A DNA stretch of 64,000 nucleotides from Histomonas meleagridis 2922-C6/04-290x (GCA_020184695.1 JAANOX010000252.1:5957-69956), one strand, 5' to 3'; numbered from the stretch's first letter, positions 10,525 through 21,542 are shown. Made by a program: numbers and translations. The notes: generated from the letters alone by a model not told the origin.

Positions 10525-11727
10525 TTAGTTCATTGAGTAATTATCGAAATATCCTTGAATTAAAACGATTGGCGTGCCTTTATCGCCACTTCCTGTTGTA
10601 AGGTCACATAATGATCCAAGGAGGTCAGTTAATCTACGTGGGGTTGTACCCATTGATGTCATGGAGTTCTTTAAATCGGAATCTTTGTTTGAAATATATT
10701 TTTGAATTGCTTCCTTTAATTCATCGCCCTTCAATTCTCCAAAATCATTATCAGCAATATACTTTAATTTAATTTCATTTGGCGTTCCAATTAAACCTGA
10801 AGTATGAGCTGGTGAAACAATCGGATCTGCAAGTTCCCATATTTTCCCAACGGGATCTTTAAAGGCCCCGTCACCATATATCATAACTTCAATATTTTTT
10901 CCAGTTCTTTCGCGAAGTTTTTCATATACTTTATGAACAAATTCATTACATTCTCTTGGGAACAATTTAATTTTAGTTTCAGTAGATTTGTTTGAACCAA
11001 GAACACCATATTCGGGATTATATCCACTTCCATTAATTGAATGATTTAATATATCATCAAGTCCATAAATAATTTCAGCTCCTTTTGCTTTCAATAATCT
11101 CTTTGTTCTTTGGCGTGTATGAATATCACAACAAAGAACATTTTTGGTTTTTGTTAATATTGTTTTAATTTGGTTTGATAATATGATCTCAATTTCACAA
11201 TTCATTTCTTTTGCAATTTGCTTATAATATGAAATATAATCAACACCAGTAAATGGATGATATATAACCCCAAATAATTCACGAAATTGTTCTTCAGTAA
11301 GTGCATCACTATATGGATTTATTTGTTTTTCATCTAGTAAATCAATAGGAACAAGTTCATTTCCAACTTCATCTGATGGATAACTAAGCATTAAGTAAAC
11401 TTTTTTAGCTCCTTTAAGAATTCCTTTAAAAATGATTGAAAACCGATTTCTTGATAAAATTGGAAAAACAACTCCGAATTCACCAGTTGGGAATTTGGAT
11501 TTAATATCTTCAGCAATATCATCGATTGTTGCATAATTACCTTGCGCTTTTGCAACAACTGCTTCAGTGATTGCTACAACATCACGATTATTAAATTTAA
11601 TGTTTTCACTTTTCGCACAAGAAAGAACTGAATCAACAACAATTTCAGAAAGATCATCACCTTGGCGAATTATTGGTGCACGAATACCACGAACAACAGT
11701 TCCAACAGTTCTTTGAGAAGAGTTCAT
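10525..11727 (-). CDS. cofE: F420-0:gamma-glutamyl ligase-like protein of bacterial (Clostridia-type) family
   Basis: GIRAPIIRQGDDL, ITEAVVAKAQGN, GDGAFKDPVGKIWELADP and GTTPRRLTDLLGSLCDLTTGSGDKGTP. Confidence 0.85.
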   Translation of the reverse strand: MNSSQRTVGTVVRGIRAPIIRQGDDLSEIVVDSVLSCAKSENIKFNNRDVVAITEAVVAKAQGNYATIDDIAEDIKSKFPTGEFGVVFPILSRNRFSIIFKGILKGAKKVYLMLSYPSDEVGNELVPIDLLDEKQINPYSDALTEEQFRELFGVIYHPFTGVDYISYYKQIAKEMNCEIEIILSNQIKTILTKTKNVLCCDIHTRQRTKRLLKAKGAEIIYGLDDILNHSINGSGYNPEYGVLGSNKSTETKIKLFPRECNEFVHKVYEKLRERTGKNIEVMIYGDGAFKDPVGKIWELADPIVSPAHTSGLIGTPNEIKLKYIADNDFGELKGDELKEAIQKYISNKDSDLKNSMTSMGTTPRRLTDLLGSLCDLTTGSGDKGTPIVLIQGYFDNYSMN

Positions 11728-11733
11728 AAGAAA

Positions 11734-11743
11734 AATGAAGTGA
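11734..11743 (-). promoter_or_regulatory. Parabasalid initiator (TCACTTCATT) 7-16 nt upstream of the cofE-like ATG
   Basis: Minus strand reads TCACTTCATTTTTCTTATG, matching the trichomonad TCAYT Inr. Confidence 0.6.
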
Positions 11744-12379
11744 TCATTAAAGAAAAATTATAGATATTTTATTTCAATAGAGAAATTGAATGTGTTAACT
11801 TGTAATTCAAAATTGCACAATTTTTTCCTCAAAAAGTTGATATTTATTTGGTTGTGATCTAAAATCGGTTTGCAAAAAAGGTACAACTATCAATGGCACA
11901 ATTTTCTTTTCAAAAAGTTTTAAGTGTTTTTGTGAGTTTACCGCTTTTTTTAGTGAAGCTGGAATTTGATAATACTTGGAACAAATGTCTAAAAAAGATT
12001 TTTGACTTTTACTGAGAAAAAAATCAGTTAGTACATATTTTGCGTAAATAGATTCTTTTTGGGTATACCCGGTATATACTGAATATTATTTGGATGAAAG
12101 CATGATAAATAAGTTTAAGTTTGAATTTTGTAATTCATTTGACATAACAGTAGCAAATCTCCCTTTATCAATGATATTAATATTATGAGTTTCATATAAA
12201 AATAATAAGAAGATACAGTGAAATTTAAAGTTGGTGATTGAAGTACACAAATATTCTTTTTATGTGAAGATGAATATATACATATCTTGTATTTAAAATG
12301 CATTATATTAAGATAACAAATCATCCATCTTCTTGTCTATAAATATCACCACATTTATTACTTTTTTAATAACATATTT

Positions 12380-14324
12380 TTATGAAATATAAGAATTTAG
12401 TAATCTATTTCATCAAAGACTTCAATATACACTTCTTCTTCCTCATCATTCTTTTGTTTTTGATCAAGAATTTCCTTAATTTCTTTGTGAACATTTGAAG
12501 TTGCTACATCAAGTGCAGTGCCGAATAATTTTTATGTTTTCCAAAAATTAATTAGATATCCAAAAACATAAAAATAAATATGTTTTGCATAAATATCGAT
12601 TCCTTTTTATTCAATGAGTAGCTTTACTATTTCTGTATAGCCAAAATCAGACCGTCTTTCAGACGCATAAATAAGTACATAAATATTTTAAATAATTTCC
12701 ATATATTGTTTTGATATTTTAGATGAACGAAAAAAACATCAAATAAAACAAATAAATATCTTTAGCATTAATATCAATTCCTTTTTGTTCAAGAAGTAAT
12801 TTAACTGTTTCTGTATAACCTTCTGAAGATGCTCTAATAAGTGCTGTATAAAATAATTTAAATAATTTCCAAATATTATTTTGAAATATCAAATTATCAA
12901 AATAAAGCACAAATTAAACAAATAAATATCTTTAGCATTAATATCAATTCCTTCTTGTTCAAGAAGTAATTTTACTGTTTCTGTATGACCATTTTTTGAT
13001 GCTAACATAAGTGCTGTTTTAAATAATTTAAATAATTTCCAAATATTATTTTGAAATAAAAAATTATTAAAATAAATTTTATCTTTAGCATTAATAAGAA
13101 ATTCCAAAGAAAATACACAATCATAAATAAAAGTTATAAACCTTCTTTATACTTAAACTTAATATATTTATTGATTCTAAGGTAATTAAAAAGTTCTTCG
13201 TTACCTGAAAATGTTAAAATTTCGTAAACATAAGTTTTAACAGGCATCTTTTGAAGTAAGTGTTTTAAAAGTAATAAATTACCTGTTTGAATTGCCGTGA
13301 TAAACATTTATTTATTGATTTCCATTCCTTCACTTTCTAAAAATGAGAAAATCTCAAAATTATTATGCGATATACATAAATCACCTAATAATGTTAAATC
13401 TTTTATATAAATGAGTTTATTTTCATAAAGATAAATAAATACATCATTCCGATGAAGCATTATTAATAAATCATATGAATCATCAAAACTTAAATGATTT
13501 TGTTCACATAAATGTATCATTTCTAAGTTACCACCAGCAGCTGCATATTTACCTGTTTTTGCATGATTACAATAACAATTTAATAATAAATATCTAAAAC
13601 ATTTAATTGATCCAAAAAATACTGCATAATCAATTAATGAAACATCTTCTTTATTAATAAAATCACATCTCTCATAAAGTGATGGTTCAATGAATTGATT
13701 AAAATCAAAATCATTTTGTGATGATATTTCTTGAAGTTCTTCTATTTCATCATTTCGAATTATTTTTGCAATTTCATTTGGATTTACTCCTTCTTTAATA
13801 AGTTTCTTATGAAGTTCAATCATTCTTTGATAGTTCTTCATAATTTTCTGATATCAGAGAATAATCTGAATCACACAAATCATTTTCATCAATCAGATAT
13901 ACAAAATATGGTAATTTCTTGAATTTGAGTTTGTCCGAACTAATCATTTTGTTTTCAAGCATTTTTTCTAGAAGATAACTTGACCCTTGAGTTTTTATAT
14001 TAATAATAAGAAGATCTATAAAGATATCAATCATTGATTTTTTATTTGAATCATTCAGAATTTCTCTTTCTTTTGAACCATTTTTAAATATTCAAAACAT
14101 AATTTGTAATTGTCATTTGATACAAAATATGAATATATAAATCTGCATAAAGCTAAATTATATGAATATGAATATTCTTTGGAAAAATAAGTCATGAAAG
14201 AACATACTGATTCATCAATATTTTTTTCATTTAATTCAAATACACTTTGTTCAATAGACTGTAACGCTTCTAGGTTTTCATCACTATTGTCTTTAATTTT
14301 TCTTCTGTTTCGAAAATGTTTCAT
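12380..14324 (-). pseudogene. DUF3447-type ankyrin gene (locus A), frameshifted, with 17-nt-spacer arrays
   Basis: Fragments 14055-14324, 13816-14034 and 13308-13841 (SLIDYAVFFGSIKCFRYLL) are in different frames. There are in-frame TAAs and an internal deletion. Spacer arrays lie at 13018-13080, 12848-12927, 12678-12757 and 12520-12579. Confidence 0.8.
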
Positions 14325-14579
14325 TTGATATCAAATTCAGAATGCCACTTTTCACATAAATTTATCAATAATTTTATAAATTGTTAAATTTTTCAAAATG
14401 AAAACAAAGGCACATTAAGACATTCTCTGGTTCCTACAGACTCGAAAGTTTTACGTTTTTTATATCAAACAAAAAAATATCAAAAGAAAGCAAAGAAAAA
14501 TATATATAACCGCTATTGAAGATTAAAACGAACTGAAAAAACATACTTTTACGGTTATTAGCATGAAAAAGTGGATTAT

Positions 14580-15371
14580 TTATTCCAAACCTTTAAGCTG
14601 TTGGTTCAGGAAATTTTGATCTTGCAAATCTCTTGCCACAGCTGAAATTGATGCGTACATTGGCTGGCTTCCAGGTACCTTGTAACCCTTCACCATTGGC
14701 AACGCAGCCCAATTTCCATCATCTAATCTCATCAGCACACAGAAGTTAACAGCTGATCCTGATCCCTTTTGTCTTGCTTCTATTCTAAACAGTTCTATTT
14801 TTGCCTCTTCGCAATGTATCTGTAAGAATCCTCCTCTTAAGAAGTCAAAGTAACCACTTTCTGCTACAGACACGTAAATGTTCAAAAATTTAACTTCGTT
14901 TGGCAACGAACTTAAATCAATTCTTGATATAATAGTACCAAGGCTGAAGTCCCAATGCTTTGTTTGATTTCTAAAATTCCAATGCAGTGCATTATTAAAT
15001 ACTGATGGCTTATGATGGTTAGCATATCCGATTACGTTAAATTTACTATCGATAGCGCCAATTCCGATATCGAGATCTTTTATAGAAAATGGAGGCAAGT
15101 CATAATATCCATAAACTAATAATGACTTTGGCATTTGTTGCATTTGAAAGAAATTGCAAAGATAACGAAATGTCCTTGGCTTTCCTTGTTCTAAATAATA
15201 TCGTACGAAAGGAGTTGCTTTGATGCATGACTGTGGAGTAACAATGTCTCCTTTAATCGCATAATAAAATTGTTGCGGAAGTTGGAATTGTGATAACGCA
15301 TATGAATTGGTGAGTTTAACATAGCAAGCAGCCTGGAGGTGCTTTGTTAAGTGGATGCTCCGTTTTATCAC
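14580..15371 (-). CDS. Hypothetical protein, weakly TerD-like; start uncertain
   Basis: 263-aa open frame overlapping the C2 gene end. First ATG ~15143. KDLDIGIGAID segment. Confidence 0.45.
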   Translation of the reverse strand: MIKRSIHLTKHLQAACYVKLTNSYALSQFQLPQQFYYAIKGDIVTPQSCIKATPFVRYYLEQGKPRTFRYLCNFFQMQQMPKSLLVYGYYDLPPFSIKDLDIGIGAIDSKFNVIGYANHHKPSVFNNALHWNFRNQTKHWDFSLGTIISRIDLSSLPNEVKFLNIYVSVAESGYFDFLRGGFLQIHCEEAKIELFRIEARQKGSGSAVNFCVLMRLDDGNWAALPMVKGYKVPGSQPMYASISAVARDLQDQNFLNQQLKGLE

Positions 15372-16197
15372 TAATGTGTAATAAATATGACCCGCTTATT
15401 GTGTCTTTTCCTTGGAAAGAAATGGCGTCTTGGAAATATACAATTGGTTCAAGTGATAAATCTTGTGATGTTCCAATACAATTCAAAATTACAACCCCTT
15501 GGTAGTTATCAGTGACTTCAATAAGTGGAACATATATTAAGAAATCAGGCGTAGGACCTTTTTTAATCTTCCAGCGATTGATTGAGGCTAATGGAGTCCA
15601 ACCAGTAGGGAAAAATTGTGTAGCGTGATGGTAAACTTTGATTCCATTGTCATCAAGCGGTGCTGGTTGAACTCGACAACAACCCCCATTACGTAAATCT
15701 AAAGTCAAAAATGAAATGTTTGTATTACGTCGACCTGGATTTAATGGTGGATTAAATTCAAGATAGAAAACAAGTCGGTCGCCATATAATGATGGATCGT
15801 GTTGATTAGTAATATGAATACGCCTTATTTGAACTTCAATCGTGGGTTCACCTTTGGTTTTAAGTTTGGTATCAAGTTTATACTTAACGGTACGATCAAA
15901 AACTATTTCGTTTGTTGAAAAATCAAGTTTAACATTTCCAAGATAATCATCAGATCCAATCATATCATAATCATAAACTTTGATATTAATATATTTAAGA
16001 AATGTTGTGTTGACTGCATATGGAATTTTGAGTTCTTGATCCCATACAGGATTTAATGTTTTCTTTATAATTTTTGTTTTTGCAATTCTGATGTCTTTTC
16101 CACCACAACGAGCTTCGATGATACAATATGGATCAGACTTACCATTGATATCACCAGCAGGTAAATTTGAACCACGGACAATGTAAATATGGAACAT
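15316..16197 (-). CDS. C2-domain protein
   Basis: NLPAGDINGKSDPYC, TKIIKKTLNPVWDQ and VYDYDMIGSDDYLG. Confidence 0.9.
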   Translation of the reverse strand: MFHIYIVRGSNLPAGDINGKSDPYCIIEARCGGKDIRIAKTKIIKKTLNPVWDQELKIPYAVNTTFLKYINIKVYDYDMIGSDDYLGNVKLDFSTNEIVFDRTVKYKLDTKLKTKGEPTIEVQIRRIHITNQHDPSLYGDRLVFYLEFNPPLNPGRRNTNISFLTLDLRNGGCCRVQPAPLDDNGIKVYHHATQFFPTGWTPLASINRWKIKKGPTPDFLIYVPLIEVTDNYQGVVILNCIGTSQDLSLEPIVYFQDAISFQGKDTISGSYLLHISDKTEHPLNKAPPGCLLC

Positions 16198-17303
16198 CTT
16201 TTAAAAAACAGAGTAGCTTTGCTTCACTTTATTTATTTTGAAAGGGTGTTGTGTTTTTAATTCATAGACCCATATTCAAAAATTCTATACTAAAAGATCG
16301 TTTTGGAGGTTTGGCTTACGGTCATTGAGCAGCAAAATTGGCGTTCAATTTTGAATCGAAAAAGGGGTTTCATTGAAAACATTGAGAGCTATCTCAATCA
16401 AACATTCAGTGAAGAAAAGCTATCTCAATTTATAAATTGAATGCATGAATTTTTTCTTCTCGAAGTTGGGTTGAACTCTTCCGAAAAACTATATTTGTTT
16501 AACATAAGACATTTAGATTTCTCATAGCCATCCACGGATTAAGTTTTATTCGGAATATTTTTTTGTAATTTTTGAGTAGCTACGAACTCAATTGAAAAAG
16601 GTTGTGAATCTAGAGGTCATTAGATTTAACGTTTCTTGAATCTACATTAAAACTTTTGTATCGGCATGAAGAAAATGAAAAGGAATATATAGAAAAAGAA
16701 GTTATTAATTTAAAATAATTTTATATATCTCATTAAATTTTCTACTCATTAAAATTATTTTTCAGAAACTATTTTAATATAACATCAATAATAAAATATT
16801 TATACAAATTTTATAGATAATTTATCAAGATTTCTAAAATTAGTGAGAAAAGGTATTCAACAAAAATATTAGTGCTTCAAAATTGATTATTCATCTTTAT
16901 ACATTGTTTTGCTTCTTTGATATAACAAATTTCATGAGTACATGTTCAAAATAGAACCTTATTAACATATTATAGTAAAAGATAAATTTATTTCGAAAAC
17001 CAAACACGCAAATCATTTCTCTGATTTCTTCTATACACATAAATAATTTTTCGCACAACATACAAAATTAATTTTGCATACATAGTAAAACCATCACAAG
17101 CAAAGCATATAGCTAAAATACATTGATCAATGATAAGAACATTAAATAAGTAAATTAAGTTTCTTTAAGTACGCTTAATAATCAAATTACTCAAAATTTG
17201 AGTTGAATTGAATCAAAAGTGACATATTAAACGTTCAAAATCTGGCCGTTTATTTTTTCATGGGGCGCCCCGTCAAAAATTGAATGCTCTTTAATCCATC
17301 TCG

Positions 17304-18170
17304 ATGCAAAACCAAAACAGAAAAACAAATCGACAAGATACATCTAGAAAAGACAGAAAGCACTCAACCCATGATCATGTTAAACATGGCAGATCATATT
17401 TTGATATTTGGACAATTATACCTTTATCATTATCAATTTTATTAATGGTTTCAATTTGGTTTGTTTTTTTCTCAAAAAACCATACTCTAAAATTTTGTGA
17501 AAACAATTTTCAAAAAGAATGCATTCCATGTCCTTTCAATGGAATTTGTACTGATGGAAAATTAAAATGTAAAGTTGGTTATAAAGTAAAAAATAATGAA
17601 TGTGTACCTGACAGTGTCCGCCAACAAAAAATATTAGATTTAACAGAAAAAATATCACATTTTATTGCTTCACAGATAAGTGATTCTTGTCAAGAATCCA
17701 TTCCAATTGATACGCCGACTCTTTATGAAGAATTTGGGAAATCAGAATTTTTTGAAAGCGCGTTACAATTTGTAACCCAAAGCAAATATGACATTAATTT
17801 TAATGGTAAATATTACATCTCATATAAACCGATACAATCATTAAAATGTAAGGTCATGAGTGTTGCAGAAGCAAATAGATTGTCTGTTGTATTGATGTGT
17901 ATTTGTTTATTACTAATCACAATTTTCATCATTTCAATTCAACATAAAAAACGAATTCAGAATATGATCCGTACCCAAGCAAATCGAATAATCAATCAGC
18001 TTGCTGCAGAAAACGATGGTAGCTTTGTTTATGAATCAAATTTTGCGAATAACAAAAACGCATCAAAGAATTATTGGCAAAAAGTGACGCGCGAAGTCGA
18101 AAGAAATAATTCTGTAATTACTCTAAACGGAAAGCAAGGGAAAATGTGGAAAATATGTGATGAACAGTAA
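17304..18170 (+). CDS. Man1/Src1 C-terminal-like two-TM membrane protein
   Basis: Two TM helices flank a luminal CIPCPFNGICTDGKLKCKVGY segment. Confidence 0.6.
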   Translation: MQNQNRKTNRQDTSRKDRKHSTHDHVKHGRSYFDIWTIIPLSLSILLMVSIWFVFFSKNHTLKFCENNFQKECIPCPFNGICTDGKLKCKVGYKVKNNECVPDSVRQQKILDLTEKISHFIASQISDSCQESIPIDTPTLYEEFGKSEFFESALQFVTQSKYDINFNGKYYISYKPIQSLKCKVMSVAEANRLSVVLMCICLLLITIFIISIQHKKRIQNMIRTQANRIINQLAAENDGSFVYESNFANNKNASKNYWQKVTREVERNNSVITLNGKQGKMWKICDEQ

Positions 18171-18530
18171 ATGTTTGTGTTTATTTACTTTCAGTTTTAC
18201 ATATTAATTGTGAATTAGTATGATAACATTAATTAAACAATGGATTATATTGGTTTGATATGATAAAATTATCATTGTTTGCTCAAGTGAAACACTTTAT
18301 TTTCTCTTTTTAGAAAGCTCCTACATATGTATCATAAACTCTGTTAAAATTTATTTAGGATATCATATCTGTTATAACAGTATACTATAGTATTACAATT
18401 TCAAATGTTATACTGCTTTAATGATCTCGATTATAAATATAATTTTAATGATGATTTTTATTAGTGAAACATGATTTTTATATAACTATTTTGCATTTCC
18501 ATTATAATGTAATTTTAACAATTCCTTTTA

Positions 18531-21234
18531 CTAGAATTTTTCATTTGGTAACCTATTTTTTTCATGTTCATCAAGTAAATTATAAATTTCTTGATATCCT
18601 CTTGAAGAAGCAAGCATAATTGCTGTTTTAAATTTTCGTAAGAAATTCCAAACGAGAATAACATACTGAATATATTTGAAATAAACTTTAAACATGTTAA
18701 AAAAACAGTTTGTAAATCGATGTCGATTCCTTTTTTTTTTAGTAATAATTTTACTATATTAATATGATTATGATGAGAAGCAAGCATTAAAGCTGTCCAA
18801 AATATTTTAAATATTTACCAAGTATTTTACTTGATCATAAAAATATTCAAATAAAAATTATGAAAAAGTTTGAAACATTTTGAATATTAATATCAATGTT
18901 TTCATCTTTAAGAAGATATTCAACAATATCAATAAAACCTTTTTGAGAAGAAATCATTAGTGGTGTTTTAATAAATGTATTTAAATATCAAATATTATTT
19001 TAAAACATGAAAAAAATGATATCTATATCGAAATAAACATAAAAATATTTTTGACATTTACATCAATATTCAGATATCCAAGTAAAGATTTTACAATATC
19101 ATAACTATTATCTGAACATGCAATTGTAAGTGCTGTTTCAAGAAAATTAAATATACTCCTAATAAAAATTTGAAAGTTTATACGATTGAAAACAATTTTA
19201 AATATATTAAATTAATATTTTTTTTATTTATATCAATGCCTTCTTTTTGTAGTAGCATTTTTATGATATCATAATTATGGTTTATGCAAGAAATTGTAAG
19301 AGCTGTTTCAAATAAATTAGGAAAACTCCAAAAAAATTATTTTGATATATTAAATAAGAAAAACAAATACTAATTATTCAAATAAAATATTAGTAAAATT
19401 AAGTTCAATATTACTTTTTACAAGAAGTGCTTGGACAATATTTGTATAACCTTTTTCACATCCAATTAAAAGTGATGCTTCAAATTTTATATATAAAATC
19501 CATTAATTTTTAAGAAATTTTAATTTTTAAGTAAAAACATCAAAAAATATTACTAAAAATTTTTAATATTAACATCAATTCCTTCTTGTTCAAGAAGTAA
19601 TTTAACTATATCTAAGTGATTATTTTCAATTACTTTAATAAGTGCTGTATTAAATGATTTAAATAATTTCCAAATATTATTTTGAAATTTCAAATTATTT
19701 ATATAAATTTCATATAAAACAAATTAAAATCTTGAGCATTAACATCAATTCCTTCTTGTTCAAGAAGTAATTCAACTATTTCTGTATTACCATTGTAAGA
19801 TGCATCAATAAGTGCTGTATCAAATAATTTAAATAATTTCCAAATATTATTTTGAAATAAAAAATTATTAAAACAAATATCAAATAAAACAGACAAATAT
19901 CTTTAGCATTGATATCAATTCCTTCTTGTTCAAGAAGTAATTTAACTATTTCTGTGTGACCATTGAAAGATGCACACATAAGTGCTGTCCAACTTATTAA
20001 AAAATAATATCAAAATTTTAAACTATGACTCAAATATTTTAAACATTCATCAAAACAATTTAATGTACATCTTTTGCATTAATATCGAATCCATTTTGCT
20101 TAGTAATAAAATCCACAAGTTCTACATTATTTGAACTCGAAGCATAAGCCAAAATATTTTTTGGAATTTGATTATTTTCTATAAAATTCCTAACAAGAAA
20201 CAAATTACCGCCTTTTGCTGCTTCATTAATGATATCATCATTAATTTTCATTCCTTCTTTTAATAAAAAAATGAAAAAATTTCATATTCAAAAAACTCAA
20301 CACATTTCTTTCCTAATTCTTCTAAATTATTGATTTCATTAATTTTATTTTCATACAAATAAAGGAAAACATTATTTCGATGGAATTGAATTGCTGCTTC
20401 ATATGCATTTTCAAATGTTGAATGATTTTGTTCACATAAAAGAATGATTTCAATGTTTCCACCTGCAATTGCATATTTACCTGTGTTAATTACATTTGCA
20501 TCATTCATAAGTAAATATTTAAAACATTTTATTGATCCGAAAAATGCTGCATAATCAATTAAAGAAACAATATCATGTTCATTATTAATAAATGTATATC
20601 TTTCATAAATTGATGGTCTAATTGCTTTATTAAAATTGAAATCTGTTTGTGATGATATTTTTTGAAGTTTTTCAATTTCATCATTTCGAATTACTTTTGC
20701 TATTTCATTTGGATTATGTCCTTCTTCAATTAATTGTTTATGTAGTTTCCATTCATCTTTTTTGAGTTCATCAAATTTATCATGAGGGAAATCAAAGTCT
20801 GAATATTGATTTTCTTTGATTTCTTCTGGTGTCATCATATGTGCAAAGTATAATGTATTTTTCGGAAAGTTTGAATCAATTAATTTTTCTTCATACATCT
20901 TATATAATATATAATGTGAATCATTCGAATAAAGTGAAAGAAGAAAATTTTTAAATCCATTTATAATTTCATAATTTCTTTTGAAAATTTCTTCTTCTTT
21001 AATTTCTAGATTTTTTAAATATATGAAATATAAACGCAAATCTCCGTTCTGTCGAATACAATAAGAATATATGAGCGAATAAATAAGAAAATGAAATGAA
21101 TAAGGAAAATTTTCATCAAAAAACTTGAGTGTTGAAACTATACATTTTTCAATATTTTTATCATTTAACGAAGATATTATATCAGATATTGATTGAGAAA
21201 TATCTTGTTTTCCTTTAAGCATGTTTTGTTCCAT
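18531..21234 (-). CDS. DUF3447-type ankyrin protein (locus B), interrupted by nine spacer arrays
   Basis: N-terminal ORF 20260-21234 has one T-run frameshift near 20260, then 20060-20251. Eight stop-free 90-nt cores and a terminal exon ending TAG at 18531-18533 follow. Confidence 0.8.
18627..20068 (-). other. Nine arrays of 4 x [17-nt spacer + single codon]
   Basis: Inserts at 19989-20068, 19819-19898, 19649-19728, 19479-19558, 19307-19388 (82 nt), 19137-19216, 18967-19046, 18797-18876 and 18627-18706. Decoded loops: DEDW, DFGD, EEGN, DKGE, SNGE, KKGE, DHDK, NYGW, KSGK. Confidence 0.9.
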
Positions 21235-21542
21235 TATTTATTGACGCTACCCCTTACTTGTGTGATATTTTTGCATACAATTTTTTATATAGTTTACATA
21301 TATTGACATTAAGTTTATATTGTATACTTTATACAAAAAATACTTTTGTAAATTGATCAAAATGAAATAGAGAATTTTCAGGAATGATAGAAGTATACTT
21401 TGTACTAATCAAATATTTGATTTTATTCTGTGTAGGAAATATTAAGTTTTGAAAAAATGAAGATACTTAAAAGATTTTATTTGATCATTAATCAAATGAT
21501 GATTGGAAAATAGATCAAAAGACATAAGGAGAAGAATCGAAC

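Noticed and set aside
10525-11727. Bacterial contaminant contig
   Set aside because: Host-like composition, Inr motif, no operon context and continuous eukaryotic flanks.
12719-13107. Short ORFs in the track (also 18515-18787, 19699-19979, 51861-52082, 52844-53186) as standalone genes
   Set aside because: They are single ankyrin cores read into flanking spacers.
18627-20068. One ordinary ~68-80-nt GT-AG or AT-AC intron per ankyrin repeat
   Set aside because: Most inserts lack GT at the 5' end. Using the AG in ACAG or an AT-AC pair breaks the frame or deletes the T-A-L threonine. The missing x-x-G-x residues are dispersed at 20-nt spacing.
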